Shown here: piece by piece, positions 1-10,558 of the stretch
Numbering within the stretch: position 1 is the stretch's first letter
Layout of the letters: each line of letters starts with the position of its first letter
Assembly: GCA_002717445.1 (NCBI GenBank)
Contig: PBDY01000002.1
Location: forward strand, 39,186-103,185
Direction of reading: 5' to 3'
From: Gammaproteobacteria bacterium
GTDB taxonomy: Bacteria; Pseudomonadota; Gammaproteobacteria; Steroidobacterales; UBA11654
Length of the DNA: 64,000 bases
Program-made: the position numbers and the translations under genes
Notes under the pieces: model-generated
The model's database searches: none
What the model was told of the DNA's origin: nothing
What the model saw: the letters and a program-made list of their open reading frames with translations, nothing else

Positions 1-8
1 GACTTCTT

Positions 9-488
9 CTAGAGAATTAATTCTATTTCTTTCTCAATTTCACTCGGTGTCGTCTTAGGCGCAAATCGATGCAGAACCTTGCCATCTCTGCCCACCAAGA
101 ATTTTGTAAAGTTCCACTTGATGCCTTTTGACCCCATTATTCCTGGTTGCTCGGATTTTAAATGACCAAACAAGGGTTCTTCATTTTCCCCATTGACATC
201 AATCTTTGCTAAGACAGGGAAAGTAACATCAAAATTTATTGAACAAAAATCTTGTATTTCTGAATTGGACCCCGGTTCTTGCTTTCCAAATTGATTGCAT
301 GGGAAAGCCAGAACAGAAAAGCCCCGATCAGAATACTTTCTTTGCAGTTCATTTAGCCCGTCGTATTGAGGCGTGAAGCCGCATTTACTGGCAGTGTTTA
401 CAATGAGTAGAACTTTATCCTTATAATCACTCATTTTAATTTCAGAGTTATCCTTATCATTCACTGCGTATTCATAAATATCTACCAT
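9..488 (-). CDS. Glutathione peroxidase (Cys-type, Gpx/BtuE family)
   Basis: 159-aa ORF with the three GPx signature blocks: NTASKCGFTPQY (Cys rather than Sec at the peroxidatic position), LAFPCNQFGKQEP and KWNFTKFLV. Confidence 0.9.
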   Translation of the reverse strand: MVDIYEYAVNDKDNSEIKMSDYKDKVLLIVNTASKCGFTPQYDGLNELQRKYSDRGFSVLAFPCNQFGKQEPGSNSEIQDFCSINFDVTFPVLAKIDVNGENEEPLFGHLKSEQPGIMGSKGIKWNFTKFLVGRDGKVLHRFAPKTTPSEIEKEIELIL

Positions 489-577
489 TCTTGATCTCCA
501 TAAAATCGATTTTTCGATACAATTATGTATACAATAAATGTTACCTGATCAAGTAACAATATTTAACCAATAAAACC

Positions 578-1621
578 ATGAAAAACTTTCCACTTTTGAG
601 TCTGATTCTGATTTTTATATTTCTTTCGGGGTATTTTAACGCACATGCCAGCTCACTCGACCCAATAACTGAAAAACCCTGGCAGGAAGTAGTCATCAGC
701 GTTACCGACCTTGATAGGACTGCTGAATTCTTCAAGAAGATCGGAGGTTTTAAAGAGATTTTTAGAGGTCAATCCAGTAATTCCTCCATTGAACATTATG
801 GTCTTTCAGCGCAGGCAAGTGCAGAGGAATTATTGCTCGCTGCCAAAGGTTCTGATGTCGGGTTTATTCGTTTGATTCGTTTTGATAATTCGGGTTATAA
901 GGAACCCATGAGGCCAGGCTCTAGAGCCTGGGACACAGGATGCTACTTCAGTCTTATGGTGAGAATGAAGGGATTGAGGAACATCTATGATGAAGCAATA
1001 GAAATGGGATGGTGGACCGAAACCCCAGTTGCACAAATTTCTTTTGGAGAATCAACACTAGATGTAGTGATCTTTAAAGGACCCGACGGTGTTCAGATCC
1101 AAGGATACGATAGGCTTAAACCGCCTTTACCTAAGGCTTTCCCAGAATTTGACCGAATATCCCAACCATTCAATATCATGCAGATGATCAGAAGCAGGGA
1201 AAACAGCCGACAATTCTTTGTTGATTTGCTTGGATTCGATACTTTTTTCTATGGCGTTCCTTTTACGGCTAAAGAAGAGGCGGTAACACCGCTTGGTATA
1301 CCTCTAAATTTCACCACAAAGACAAAATATAGAACCGCAATTTATTATCCTGTTGCAGGTGAATTGGGTAGGGTTGAGATGATTGAGTTCATGGATATAA
1401 GGGGCTTGGATCACAGTGACAAGTGTCTTGCTCCAAATTTAGGCCTGCTTTCCATTAAGTATCCAGTTGAAGATATTCAACAAACACTAGAAGTTCTGAA
1501 AGAAAGAGGCCAGGGATCAATCGATATTAATCGTGTTAAACTGCAGCCATATGGAGACATTTCAATCTTTTCGCTTTCTTCACCAGATGGTGCAATCATA
1601 GAATTTTATGAGCAAAACTAA
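578..1621 (+). CDS. Secreted two-module VOC/glyoxalase-fold protein, function unknown
   Basis: 347-aa ORF with a signal-like N-terminus (LLSLILIFIFLSGYFNAHA). The fold call rests on overall resemblance to paired VOC modules only. Confidence 0.45.
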   Translation: MKNFPLLSLILIFIFLSGYFNAHASSLDPITEKPWQEVVISVTDLDRTAEFFKKIGGFKEIFRGQSSNSSIEHYGLSAQASAEELLLAAKGSDVGFIRLIRFDNSGYKEPMRPGSRAWDTGCYFSLMVRMKGLRNIYDEAIEMGWWTETPVAQISFGESTLDVVIFKGPDGVQIQGYDRLKPPLPKAFPEFDRISQPFNIMQMIRSRENSRQFFVDLLGFDTFFYGVPFTAKEEAVTPLGIPLNFTTKTKYRTAIYYPVAGELGRVEMIEFMDIRGLDHSDKCLAPNLGLLSIKYPVEDIQQTLEVLKERGQGSIDINRVKLQPYGDISIFSLSSPDGAIIEFYEQN

Positions 1622-2039
1622 TAACCCTCTCCACCCATTTCACTTGGCAATTCCTGTCAAGAATTTGGAAAGTGCAAAAATTTTTTATCATCACTCACTT
1701 GGCTGTGAAATAGGCAGAAGCTCTGAAGAATGGATCGACTTTAACTTTTATGGGCACCAATTGGTCTGTCATCTCAGTAAAGAATCTCCAAGTGAAATCT
1801 CAAATACAGTTGATTCAAATGATATTCCTGTGCCTCATTTTGGGTTGGTTTTAAGCTGGACTGATTTCGAAAGTATCACTAGTGATCTCAATAAAAAGAA
1901 GATAGAGTTTCTGATAGAACCAACGATAAGGTTTAAGAATGAGGTTGGTGAGCAAGCCATAGCATTCTTAAGGGATCCATCGGGCAATGCGATTGAATTA
2001 AAAGCATTTAAGAATATGAATAACTTATTTAGGTCATAA
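1608..2039 (+). CDS. VOC family protein (glyoxalase/extradiol-dioxygenase-like)
   Basis: 143-aa ORF. HPFHLAIPVKNLESAKIFY at the N-terminus and FLRDPSGNAIELK near the C-terminus are typical VOC blocks. It overlaps the upstream VOC gene by 14 nt. Confidence 0.6.
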   Translation: MSKTNNPLHPFHLAIPVKNLESAKIFYHHSLGCEIGRSSEEWIDFNFYGHQLVCHLSKESPSEISNTVDSNDIPVPHFGLVLSWTDFESITSDLNKKKIEFLIEPTIRFKNEVGEQAIAFLRDPSGNAIELKAFKNMNNLFRS

Positions 2040-2068
2040 TAATTAATCTAATCGAGGAGTAAAACAAG

Positions 2069-2347
2069 ATGGAGAATGTGTTTTTTGATGGCGATATTTT
2101 CGGCATTGTTGATAATGGAGTATTGGCAGTGCTTGCTATTCTCGGCATTGATATCGATAAAAAACTAGGTGGTTCTGGAGTAATGGGAGGATTATTCGGA
2201 GCACTTCTTGGTAATTCGTTGAGCGATCTTTTTGCAGCATTATTAGATCCCAGTACACGCGATCTTGCCGGAGGTATTTTTGCTGGTTGCATGTATGTCG
2301 TGGTGATTGTTTATGCTTATATTAAAGTTTCCAAAAAAACACTCTGA
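2069..2347 (+). CDS. Small Gly/Leu-rich membrane protein, unknown function
   Basis: 92-aa ORF with hydrophobic segments. It is joined to the next ORF by a TGATG junction. No family recognised. Confidence 0.4.
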   Translation: MENVFFDGDIFGIVDNGVLAVLAILGIDIDKKLGGSGVMGGLFGALLGNSLSDLFAALLDPSTRDLAGGIFAGCMYVVVIVYAYIKVSKKTL

Positions 2348-2727
2348 TGAGTAAATTTTTAAGTCGCTGGCATAACAGTATAGAAGACAAGGTTGTTGAT
2401 TCCTCGATGATGGTTGACGAGGTAGAATTTTGTTCACCACTCGTTTACAAGCCAATAATAGGAGTTGAGATGGTCACAAAGTATCTTGTTGCTGCAAACG
2501 ATGTCTTAAATAACCCTCATTTTAAATATATCTCAGAGTTCACGGATGAAAAAAAAGCCTGCCTTGTTTTTGAAACAAAGTTGGATGATGTTGAAGTGAC
2601 TGGGATTGATTTAATTGAATGGAATAATGAAGACAAAATGGTGAAGCTATCAGTCTTTATAAGGCCTTTCTCTGCATTAACCAAAGTCGGCGAGCAGATG
2701 TCCATGAAATTAACCGAAATTTCATGA
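2347..2727 (+). CDS. Hypothetical protein (possibly NTF2/SnoaL-like fold)
   Basis: 126-aa ORF coupled on both sides (TGATG upstream, ATGA downstream). The fold guess is from size and pattern only. Confidence 0.35.
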   Translation: MSKFLSRWHNSIEDKVVDSSMMVDEVEFCSPLVYKPIIGVEMVTKYLVAANDVLNNPHFKYISEFTDEKKACLVFETKLDDVEVTGIDLIEWNNEDKMVKLSVFIRPFSALTKVGEQMSMKLTEIS

Positions 2728-2990
2728 GCAACCGAAGTAAGAATATAGATCGATATTGGAAGAAAAATATCCAGATCGTCTCAATACTCCTGCTTATATG
2801 GTTTTTGGCCTCTTTCGGTTTCGGCATAATCTTTGCAAACAACCTTGATGAGATCAGTTTCTTTGGTTTCAAGCTTGGTTTCTGGTTTGCTCAACAAGGG
2901 AGTATTTTAATCTTTGTGGCAATTATTTTTGTTTATATCGGATTGATGAAAAATCTAGATCATCAGTTCAATAAAGACAGAGATGATTAA
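2724..2990 (+). CDS. DUF4212 small membrane subunit associated with sodium:solute symporter
   Basis: 88-aa ORF with two TM helices directly upstream of an SSS transporter. The GFKLGFWFAQQGS block fits the DUF4212 family. Confidence 0.75.
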   Translation: MSNRSKNIDRYWKKNIQIVSILLLIWFLASFGFGIIFANNLDEISFFGFKLGFWFAQQGSILIFVAIIFVYIGLMKNLDHQFNKDRDD

Positions 2991-2999
2991 AGAATAGTC

Positions 3000-4748
3000 A
3001 TGAGTATTCAATCTTTGACCTATCTTTTTGTGGGCATCAGTTTTGGGCTTTATGTATTTATCGCAATTAAATCAAGAGCTGGGTCTACAAACGAGTTTTA
3101 TATCGCTGGCAAAGGGGTTCATCCAATTGCAAACGGGATGGCCACTGCTGCAGATTGGATGTCTGCTGCTTCTTTTATTTCCATGGCAGGGTTGATTTCT
3201 TTCATGGGTAGAGATGGTGCAGTTTACTTGATGGGGTGGACAGGAGGTTATGTTTTATTGGCATTGCTTTTGGCACCATATCTGAGAAAGTTTGGTCAAT
3301 ATACTGTTCCAGACTTTATAGGAACTCGCTATTACTCGACAACAGCCAGAGTTGTGGCTGTGATTTGCCTCATCATTGTCTCGTTTACATATGTAGCTGG
3401 GCAGATGAGAGGGGTCGGTATTGTTTTCTCAAGATTTCTTGAAGTTGAAATTGAACTCGGTGTCATCATTGGCATGGGGATTGTTTTCTTTTATGCCGTT
3501 TTAGGTGGGATGAAGGGCATTACTTACACTCAGGTTGCACAGTATTGTGTCCTGATCTTTGCATATTTGGTTCCAGCAATCTTCATTTCAATTTTGATCA
3601 CAGGGAATCCAATTCCTCAATTCGGTTTTGGTGACAGATTAATTGATCAAGATATTTACCTTTTAGAAAAGTTGGATCTGATCATGTCTGATATTGGTTT
3701 TCAGCCATATACGAGTGGATTAAAAGAGACCATTGATGTTTTCTGTATCACGGCTGCATTGATGCTGGGTACTGCAGGATTACCACACGTCATCGTTCGC
3801 TTCTTTACAGTTCCAGATGTGGCATCAGCCAGAAGATCTGCAGGCTATGCGCTGATTTTTATTGCCATTTTATATACGACCGCTCCTGCGGTTTCTTCCT
3901 TCGCAAGATACAATTTATTTGAGTCAACACACAATGTTTCATATCAGCAAGCTCCTGAATGGTTTAAGAATTGGGAAGACATCGGTCTGATCGCATGGAG
4001 AGATAAAAACAATGATGGATTGATTCAGTATGCACCTGGAAATGCGTTCGATCCAGTCAAGCCAAAATACCTAGATTCTAATGGTGAATTTGGCGAAAGA
4101 ATCATAGTGAATAATTCACAAGTCTCATCAAACAATGAAGTTTATATTGACCGAGACATTATGGTTTTAGCAAATCCTGAGATTGCGGAGCTACCACCAT
4201 GGGTAATTGCTCTGGTTGCCGCAGGCGCACTTGCTGCAGCATTATCGACAGCTGCAGGGCTTTTGCTCGTGATCTCAGCGTCTGTTTCACACGATCTCAT
4301 TAAAAAAACTTTAGCCACCAACATTAGCGAAAAGAAAGAGCTCTTTTATGCACGTTTTTCAGTGTTCATTGCTGTGATTATTGCCGGTTTATTTGGTATA
4401 TATCCACCCGGGTTTGTGGCTCAAGTGGTTGCATTTGCATTTGGCCTTGCCGCAGCCACACTTTTCCCGGCACTTCTTTTGGGGATCTTTACCAAATCGA
4501 TAAACAAAGAGGGTGCCGTTTCAGGAATGTTAGCAGGACTCATTTTTACGCTTGGTTATATAGTCTATTTCAAATTTCTGAATCCAGAAATGAATTCATC
4601 GTTAAACTGGTTGTGGGGTATTTCACCGGAAGGAATTGGGACTATTGGAATGTTGATAAATATTTTTGTCAGCATAATGGTCTCTAAGTTCACATCTAAG
4701 ATCCCTTATGAGATAGAAGAGTTGATTGATAACATAAGGCAACCATAG
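3000..4748 (+). CDS. Sodium:solute symporter family transporter (VC_2705/ActP-like subgroup)
   Basis: 582-aa polytopic ORF with SSS blocks AGKGVHPIANGMATAADWMSAASFISMAG and GLPHVIVRFFTV. Pairing with DUF4212 is characteristic of this subgroup. Confidence 0.85.
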   Translation: MSIQSLTYLFVGISFGLYVFIAIKSRAGSTNEFYIAGKGVHPIANGMATAADWMSAASFISMAGLISFMGRDGAVYLMGWTGGYVLLALLLAPYLRKFGQYTVPDFIGTRYYSTTARVVAVICLIIVSFTYVAGQMRGVGIVFSRFLEVEIELGVIIGMGIVFFYAVLGGMKGITYTQVAQYCVLIFAYLVPAIFISILITGNPIPQFGFGDRLIDQDIYLLEKLDLIMSDIGFQPYTSGLKETIDVFCITAALMLGTAGLPHVIVRFFTVPDVASARRSAGYALIFIAILYTTAPAVSSFARYNLFESTHNVSYQQAPEWFKNWEDIGLIAWRDKNNDGLIQYAPGNAFDPVKPKYLDSNGEFGERIIVNNSQVSSNNEVYIDRDIMVLANPEIAELPPWVIALVAAGALAAALSTAAGLLLVISASVSHDLIKKTLATNISEKKELFYARFSVFIAVIIAGLFGIYPPGFVAQVVAFAFGLAAATLFPALLLGIFTKSINKEGAVSGMLAGLIFTLGYIVYFKFLNPEMNSSLNWLWGISPEGIGTIGMLINIFVSIMVSKFTSKIPYEIEELIDNIRQP

Positions 4749-4757
4749 GAGAAGAGC

Positions 4758-5567
4758 ATGATTGAAACTATTTTTTTTGAAACTTCAATGCCCCAATTTG
4801 CATACTTCATCAACTGGTTAGCACTCACTTTGCTTTGGTTGATCAGCATTAAAATAAAGGATTCAAGCATTATAGATATTTATTGGGGTTTTGGCTTTGT
4901 GCTGATTGCTTGGGCTTGCTCTTATCATAATGATATCAATGGATTGGCATCGACCGACACACGAGAGCTATTGTTAGTAATGGTCTCTGTTTGGGGTTTG
5001 AGATTAACCTATTATCTTGCAAGAAGAAACTTAGGACACGGCGAGGATTACAGATATACAAAAATGAGGAATGCCTCAAAGAGAGACTGGAGGATTGTCA
5101 GTTATTTTAGAGTTTTCATGCTTCAGGGTGCACTTCAAGCAATCATTTCTTGCCCAATTATTCTGATCTTTAGCCGAAACCTTAATAGTGAATCATCATC
5201 TTTAATTGTGTTGGCGATTATATTTTTTATTATGGGCTTCTTATTTGAATCGATTGCCGATCAGCAAATGAAGAAATTTAAGTCAGATCCAAATAACTCA
5301 TCTAAGATCATGAACAAAGGCCTATGGAAATACTCAAGGCACCCAAATTATTTTGGTGACTTTCTACAATGGTTTGCAATCTTTGTATTATCTTTATCAA
5401 CGGGATCTTTCTTAGGTGTGGCCGCCCCTGCAATGATGTTATTCATCTTTTTCAAGCTGACAATTCGTTTGTTGGAAAAACCTCAATCTAAAAAAAGACC
5501 TGGCTACAACCAATACATCGATCAGACAAATATGTTTTTTCCAGGGCCGACCAAGACAAAGGATTAG
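4758..5567 (+). CDS. DUF1295 / steroid 5-alpha-reductase-like membrane protein
   Basis: 269-aa polytopic ORF with the C-terminal motif GLWKYSRHPNYFGDFLQW. Confidence 0.7.
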   Translation: MIETIFFETSMPQFAYFINWLALTLLWLISIKIKDSSIIDIYWGFGFVLIAWACSYHNDINGLASTDTRELLLVMVSVWGLRLTYYLARRNLGHGEDYRYTKMRNASKRDWRIVSYFRVFMLQGALQAIISCPIILIFSRNLNSESSSLIVLAIIFFIMGFLFESIADQQMKKFKSDPNNSSKIMNKGLWKYSRHPNYFGDFLQWFAIFVLSLSTGSFLGVAAPAMMLFIFFKLTIRLLEKPQSKKRPGYNQYIDQTNMFFPGPTKTKD

Positions 5568-5569
5568 AT

Positions 5570-5597
5570 AAGGCTTATTACTTAATCCTTAAGCCTT
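5570..5597. terminator. Weak hairpin between convergent genes (possible bidirectional terminator)
   Basis: AAGGCTTA (5570-5577) pairs with TAAGCCTT (5590-5597) around a 12-nt loop. The stem is AT-rich and partly inside the 3' end of the LOG gene. Confidence 0.3.
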
Positions 5598-6184
5598 TCA
5601 TACCATGTTGATGTATCTTTAGGTGTAAAATTTCTAATTTCTATGATTGCTTCGTCAACATTATTCACTAGAACCAATTCTTCACTCGTTGATTGAGGTA
5701 GAAACCCTTCTTTGACTGCGTGCTCAATGAACACCCTTAGTTTTGAGTAATAATTTCCAATATTGAGCAAAATGATTGGTTTTGTTTGAAGACCAAGTTG
5801 ATTCCAAGTCAAAGACTCAAAAAACTCTTCCCATGTTCCCACTCCACCAGGAAGGCAGACCACGGCTTGAGATTTATCAGCCATCATCTTTTTTCTTTCA
5901 TGCATGTTTTTCACAATGATTAATTCATTCAAGCCTTGATGGCCGACTTCAATTTCATCCAATTGTTCCGTGATGATTCCAGTAATAAAACCTTTGGCAT
6001 CAATGGCGTTGTCAGCAAGTATTCCCATTAGGCCATTGCTCCCTCCGCCAAAAACAATTCCATAGTTATTTTCTGTCAGTTTTTGAGCCAGCTCTTTTGC
6101 AGTTTCAGAATAGGTCTTTCTATTTCCAGGGCTTGAGCCTGCAAAGACGCAAACATTTTTAATTTCTAGGGGATCTCGAGACAT
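5582..6184 (-). CDS. LOG family (TIGR00730) nucleotide 5'-monophosphate nucleosidase
   Basis: 200-aa ORF with GGGSNGLMG and PGGVGTWEE (PGGxGTxxE) motifs. Confidence 0.85.
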   Translation of the reverse strand: MSRDPLEIKNVCVFAGSSPGNRKTYSETAKELAQKLTENNYGIVFGGGSNGLMGILADNAIDAKGFITGIITEQLDEIEVGHQGLNELIIVKNMHERKKMMADKSQAVVCLPGGVGTWEEFFESLTWNQLGLQTKPIILLNIGNYYSKLRVFIEHAVKEGFLPQSTSEELVLVNNVDEAIIEIRNFTPKDTSTWYERLKD

Positions 6185-6186
6185 AT

Positions 6187-7629
6187 TTATAATAGGAATA
6201 ATGGAACAAGATATAGGACTGCGAACGATACAACAACAATAGCAATTAAATTGATAACAATGCCCGCTCTAACCATTTGAGGCACCTTGATCAATTCTGA
6301 CCCAAACACAATCGCATTGGGAGGGGTTGCAACTGGCAACATAAAGGCACAGCTGGCAGCAATAGCAACCGATGCAGTGAGCATCAGAGGGTCAAAACCA
6401 AATTGGGCTGCTATGATGGCAACGATCGGTAGGAATGTTGCGGTGGTCGCCAAATTAGATGTCAATTCAGTGAGAAATATAATCAAGGTCGTGAACATGA
6501 TGACTAAGAGCGCCATACTAAGACCGAGAGGCATCATATTGCCAATCCATGCGGCAAGGCCTGTGCTTTGAGCAGCAGCCGCAAGCGATAACCCACCACC
6601 GAATAACAATAAAACACCCCATGGGACACCTTCTTGTGCATCTTTCCATTCTAAAAGATTTTGATTTGTGCTTTTGCTCGGAGTCAGAAATAGCATCAGT
6701 CCACATAGCATCGCAATTCCTGGATCCGATAAACCTTCTAATCCAGGTATATCATTGATCATGCCTCTTGTGATCCACAGCGTTGCTGTCAGGAGGAATA
6801 TTATTAGAACTCTCATCTCGGATGTTTTTATCTTACCCAGTTCAGATCTCATATTTACAATGATGTCTTGAGTTTGTTCTGATGATTGAAATGAAACAGG
6901 AAAGGTTATTCTTGTGAGTGTAAACCATGCAAGTGGAAGCAAAGTTAAACTAACAGGTACCCCGACCTTCATCCAATCAACAAAAGATATTGAGACATTG
7001 TATTGCTCTTCCATAAAACCATTTAATGTCATATTTGGTGCAGTACCAATTAATGTAGCAATACCTCCGATGTTCGCTGCATAAGCAATTCCCAATAGAA
7101 GGGCAACTTGAAAGTTTACTTTTTCGGAATCGGTCAAATTTGTCATTGATTCTTTCACAACCGAAATAATTGCAAGACCAATTGGAAGAAGCATCACGGT
7201 TGTCGAGGTATTCATTATCCACATGCTAAGAAGGCATGAACTCAACATAAAGCCTGCTATGATTGATCTCCCTGCAGTTCCAGTTAGATTGAGCACATTG
7301 AGCGCAATTCTTTTATGAAGATTACACTTCTGGATTGCAATCGATAGGAGAAACCCCCCCAAAAAAAGATAAACATTTTTATTGGCATAAGGTGCAGAAG
7401 TTTCTTCTATGGATGAAACCCCAAGGAGTGGAAAGAAAACCAATGGAATGAGTGCAGTTATCGCTATATGAACTGCTTCCGTTGCCCACCAGATGGCCAT
7501 CCAGACAAAAACTGCTGCAGCTCTTTGAGCTTCGATCGGCAAGCCTTCTGTATCCGGAAGAATAAGAATAACAATAGCTGCGATCAAGCCTAATAAAAAA
7601 CCAGTTTTTGATTTTGAATTATTTTTCAT
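6187..7629 (-). CDS. SLC13/DASS family anion:sodium symporter
   Basis: 480-aa polytopic ORF. Duplicated hairpin-tip motifs (MNTSTTVMLLP and LTSNLATTATFLP) are typical of DASS transporters. Confidence 0.8.
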   Translation of the reverse strand: MKNNSKSKTGFLLGLIAAIVILILPDTEGLPIEAQRAAAVFVWMAIWWATEAVHIAITALIPLVFFPLLGVSSIEETSAPYANKNVYLFLGGFLLSIAIQKCNLHKRIALNVLNLTGTAGRSIIAGFMLSSCLLSMWIMNTSTTVMLLPIGLAIISVVKESMTNLTDSEKVNFQVALLLGIAYAANIGGIATLIGTAPNMTLNGFMEEQYNVSISFVDWMKVGVPVSLTLLPLAWFTLTRITFPVSFQSSEQTQDIIVNMRSELGKIKTSEMRVLIIFLLTATLWITRGMINDIPGLEGLSDPGIAMLCGLMLFLTPSKSTNQNLLEWKDAQEGVPWGVLLLFGGGLSLAAAAQSTGLAAWIGNMMPLGLSMALLVIMFTTLIIFLTELTSNLATTATFLPIVAIIAAQFGFDPLMLTASVAIAASCAFMLPVATPPNAIVFGSELIKVPQMVRAGIVINLIAIVVVSFAVLYLVPLFLL

Positions 7630-7727
7630 GAATGAATGTCCTGATTTGAATCATTATTAGAATACTAGAAGTTATAAGGGTTTCATATATGAATAATTAG
7701 TTTACTTTTTAAGTTAGAATTAAGGAC

Positions 7728-9032
7728 ATGAATATCGAGATATTGTATTGGATTGTATTAATAGGGGTTTTTACTGGCCTTGCTTTTTTGGGCCAAAGAA
7801 CAAATCTAAAATTATGGGTGAGGGTTGTCACTGCTCTGGTGATTGGTGCAATTCTTGGTTTTATTTTCGGGGATGTTGCTGCATCGTCAAAATGGATTGG
7901 CGACCTATTTGTTCGATTTATAAAGATGTTGGTTGTGCCACTTATCTTTACATCACTTGTCGCGGGCGTGGTTTCAATGGGAGATCCAAAAAGACTGGGT
8001 TCTATCGGTATTAAGACCATTACTCTATATTTACTGACCACTCTTTTTGCAATCAGTATAGGCTTGGTATTGGGAACTCTTTTTTCTCCCGGTGCTGGGA
8101 TTGATTTAACTGGGGTGGATCCATATAGTGCAGTTCAATCTTCACAAAGTGTAAGCGATCGATTGTTTGGCATTGTGCCCCTCAATCCAATTGGTTCGCT
8201 GGCAGATGGCGATGTTTTGCCGATCATCTTTTTCTCCATACTCTTAGGTATTGGAATCATAATGGGCGGGAATAAAACAGAAAAGATTGGTGAGGTGTTC
8301 TCTTCAGCAGCGGAAGCCATCTTACAAATTGCTCACATGGTCATGCAGATGGCACCATATGGTGTTCTAGCCTTAGTTGCCTGGGTATCAGGAACAATGG
8401 GCTTGGCAGCACTTCAAAATTTATTTGTTTTGACTATTATTCTGTATGTTGGATGTATACTACACATGATCTTGGTCTATGGAGGTCTTATCCGCTTTGG
8501 AGCAAGATTGCCACTTAAAGCATTTTTCAAAGGAATTTTGGACGCACAAGCAGTGGCATACTCAACATCATCCAGCTCTGCAACACTTCCTGTCACGCTT
8601 CAATGCGTTGAAAATAATTTAGGCGTAAAGAAAACAGTCGCATCATCCGTTCTTCCTCTGGGCGCTACCATTAATATGGACGGCACAGCCCTCTATCTTG
8701 GAGTGGTTGCTCTCTTTTCAGCACAAATTTTTGGTGTGCAGCTTGAACTCTCGGATTACCTTTTGATTGCAATGACTGCTACATTGACTTCAATAGGTAC
8801 AGCCGGCATACCATCGGCATCTTTGTTTCTTTTGGCAACCGTTTTATCCGTCATAGGAATCAGTGATGCACAAACCGCACTGATAGTTGGATTTGTCCTA
8901 CCATTTGATCGAATCCTTGACATGGCAAGAACCGTGGTAAATATCACTGGGGATGCAACGGTTTCTGTTCTTGTTGCTAAATCCGAGGATGATATTGATG
9001 AAGATGTCTTTCGTAGCGAAAGCGTTTTATAA
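7728..9032 (+). CDS. Dicarboxylate/amino acid:cation symporter (DAACS family)
   Basis: 434-aa ORF with STSSSSATLP and ATINMDGTALY motifs. Confidence 0.85.
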   Translation: MNIEILYWIVLIGVFTGLAFLGQRTNLKLWVRVVTALVIGAILGFIFGDVAASSKWIGDLFVRFIKMLVVPLIFTSLVAGVVSMGDPKRLGSIGIKTITLYLLTTLFAISIGLVLGTLFSPGAGIDLTGVDPYSAVQSSQSVSDRLFGIVPLNPIGSLADGDVLPIIFFSILLGIGIIMGGNKTEKIGEVFSSAAEAILQIAHMVMQMAPYGVLALVAWVSGTMGLAALQNLFVLTIILYVGCILHMILVYGGLIRFGARLPLKAFFKGILDAQAVAYSTSSSSATLPVTLQCVENNLGVKKTVASSVLPLGATINMDGTALYLGVVALFSAQIFGVQLELSDYLLIAMTATLTSIGTAGIPSASLFLLATVLSVIGISDAQTALIVGFVLPFDRILDMARTVVNITGDATVSVLVAKSEDDIDEDVFRSESVL

Positions 9033-9051
9033 AAATGACATTAATTAACGC

Positions 9052-10488
9052 ATGAGACGAACAAAAATAATTGCAACATTTGGTCCATCAATTGCGGATC
9101 GGGAAACATTAAAAAATGTTTGTGAATACGCAGATGTCATTCGAATCAATTTAGCCCATGGAACATGGGATGAGGATGAAAAATATAATCATAAAAGAAA
9201 TATCGAGCTGATCAAAAAGACTTCCAAAGAACTTGGTAAGCCCGTTGCGATATTGGTTGATCTTAAGGGCAATAAGATCAGAATCAGTGACTTTTCTGAC
9301 CATGCGATTGACTTAGAGCACGGATCTGAAATCAGAGTTGTATTCACCAAAGAGAAAGAAACAAATAACCATGAGATCTTTATCGATGCTGAGTATTGCT
9401 TTTCACAAATAGAAGTTGGAGATCGAATCTTGCTCGATGATGGCCTTATTCAGTTGAATGTCAAAAGTATCGATGCAGACGGCAGGAACCTTAATTGTAT
9501 GGTGGATAAAGGGGGCTTGCTCAGAAGTAATAAGGGTTTTGAGGTGGAAGATAAGATAATTCATCGCTCAGGACTAGGAGAAGAAGATAAAAGAGATATC
9601 AGGAGACTGGCTGAACTGGGAATTGATTGGATTGCATTATCTTTTGTCAATGAGGCAAGCGATGTAACTCAGGCAAGAGAGGTTTTGACTGAAGCAGGAA
9701 GTACAATCAATCTGATCGCAAAGATTGAACGCCTTGAAGCACTCAAGCAACTCTTCTGGATAATCAAGGCCAGTGATGGAGTCATGGTTGCCAGAGGCGA
9801 TCTTGCCCTAGAATCAGGCCCTGGTGAGCTTACAGGCCTTCAAAAGGACATCATTAAACAAACCATTAAAGGAAAAAGAATCGCAATAACTGCAACACAG
9901 ATGATGGAATCGATGATCTCTAACCCAACGCCAACCCGAGCAGAAATGACAGATGTTTCTAATGCAGTACTAGATGGAACCGATGCCGTGATGCTCTCGG
10001 CAGAGACTGCAATTGGAAAATATCCTGTGGATACTGTAAAAGCGATGCATGAAGTTTGTGAGGGCGCAGAAACATACCAAGAATCAATTACAAAGAATGA
10101 AGAATACAAATTCTCTGAAATCAATAAAATTGATGAAGCCATTGCTATAAGCTCAATGAGCATTGCTAGAAATATGGAAATCAAAGCCATTGTTGCTCTC
10201 ACAGAGTCGGGTTCAACAGCATTGATGCTCTCTCGATATCGAACAAATATTCCAATATATGCATTTACTCGAAATGAGGATACACAAAGGAGAGTAGGTC
10301 TCTACAGAGGTGTCATTTCATACCAATACGAATTTATGGTCAATAGCTTGGCTGATGTGATTGATGATGTGAGGGATGAGCTTGTTGGTTCTTCGATACT
10401 TAATTCTGGGGATCTCATTGTGCTTACTTCTGGATCACCATTGAGAGTGAGCGGAGGAACAAATTCTCTTCGTTTGATCCATATCTGA
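9052..10488 (+). CDS. pyk: Pyruvate kinase
   Basis: 478-aa ORF with RRTKIIATFGP, KIERLEAL...SDGVMVARGDLA and AVMLSAETA blocks. Confidence 0.9.
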   Translation: MRRTKIIATFGPSIADRETLKNVCEYADVIRINLAHGTWDEDEKYNHKRNIELIKKTSKELGKPVAILVDLKGNKIRISDFSDHAIDLEHGSEIRVVFTKEKETNNHEIFIDAEYCFSQIEVGDRILLDDGLIQLNVKSIDADGRNLNCMVDKGGLLRSNKGFEVEDKIIHRSGLGEEDKRDIRRLAELGIDWIALSFVNEASDVTQAREVLTEAGSTINLIAKIERLEALKQLFWIIKASDGVMVARGDLALESGPGELTGLQKDIIKQTIKGKRIAITATQMMESMISNPTPTRAEMTDVSNAVLDGTDAVMLSAETAIGKYPVDTVKAMHEVCEGAETYQESITKNEEYKFSEINKIDEAIAISSMSIARNMEIKAIVALTESGSTALMLSRYRTNIPIYAFTRNEDTQRRVGLYRGVISYQYEFMVNSLADVIDDVRDELVGSSILNSGDLIVLTSGSPLRVSGGTNSLRLIHI

Positions 10489-10558
10489 AAAAACCCCGAA
10501 AGACCTTTTAGATAGAAAATATAAGTAATACAATCCCAGTATCTATATAGAGAAATTC

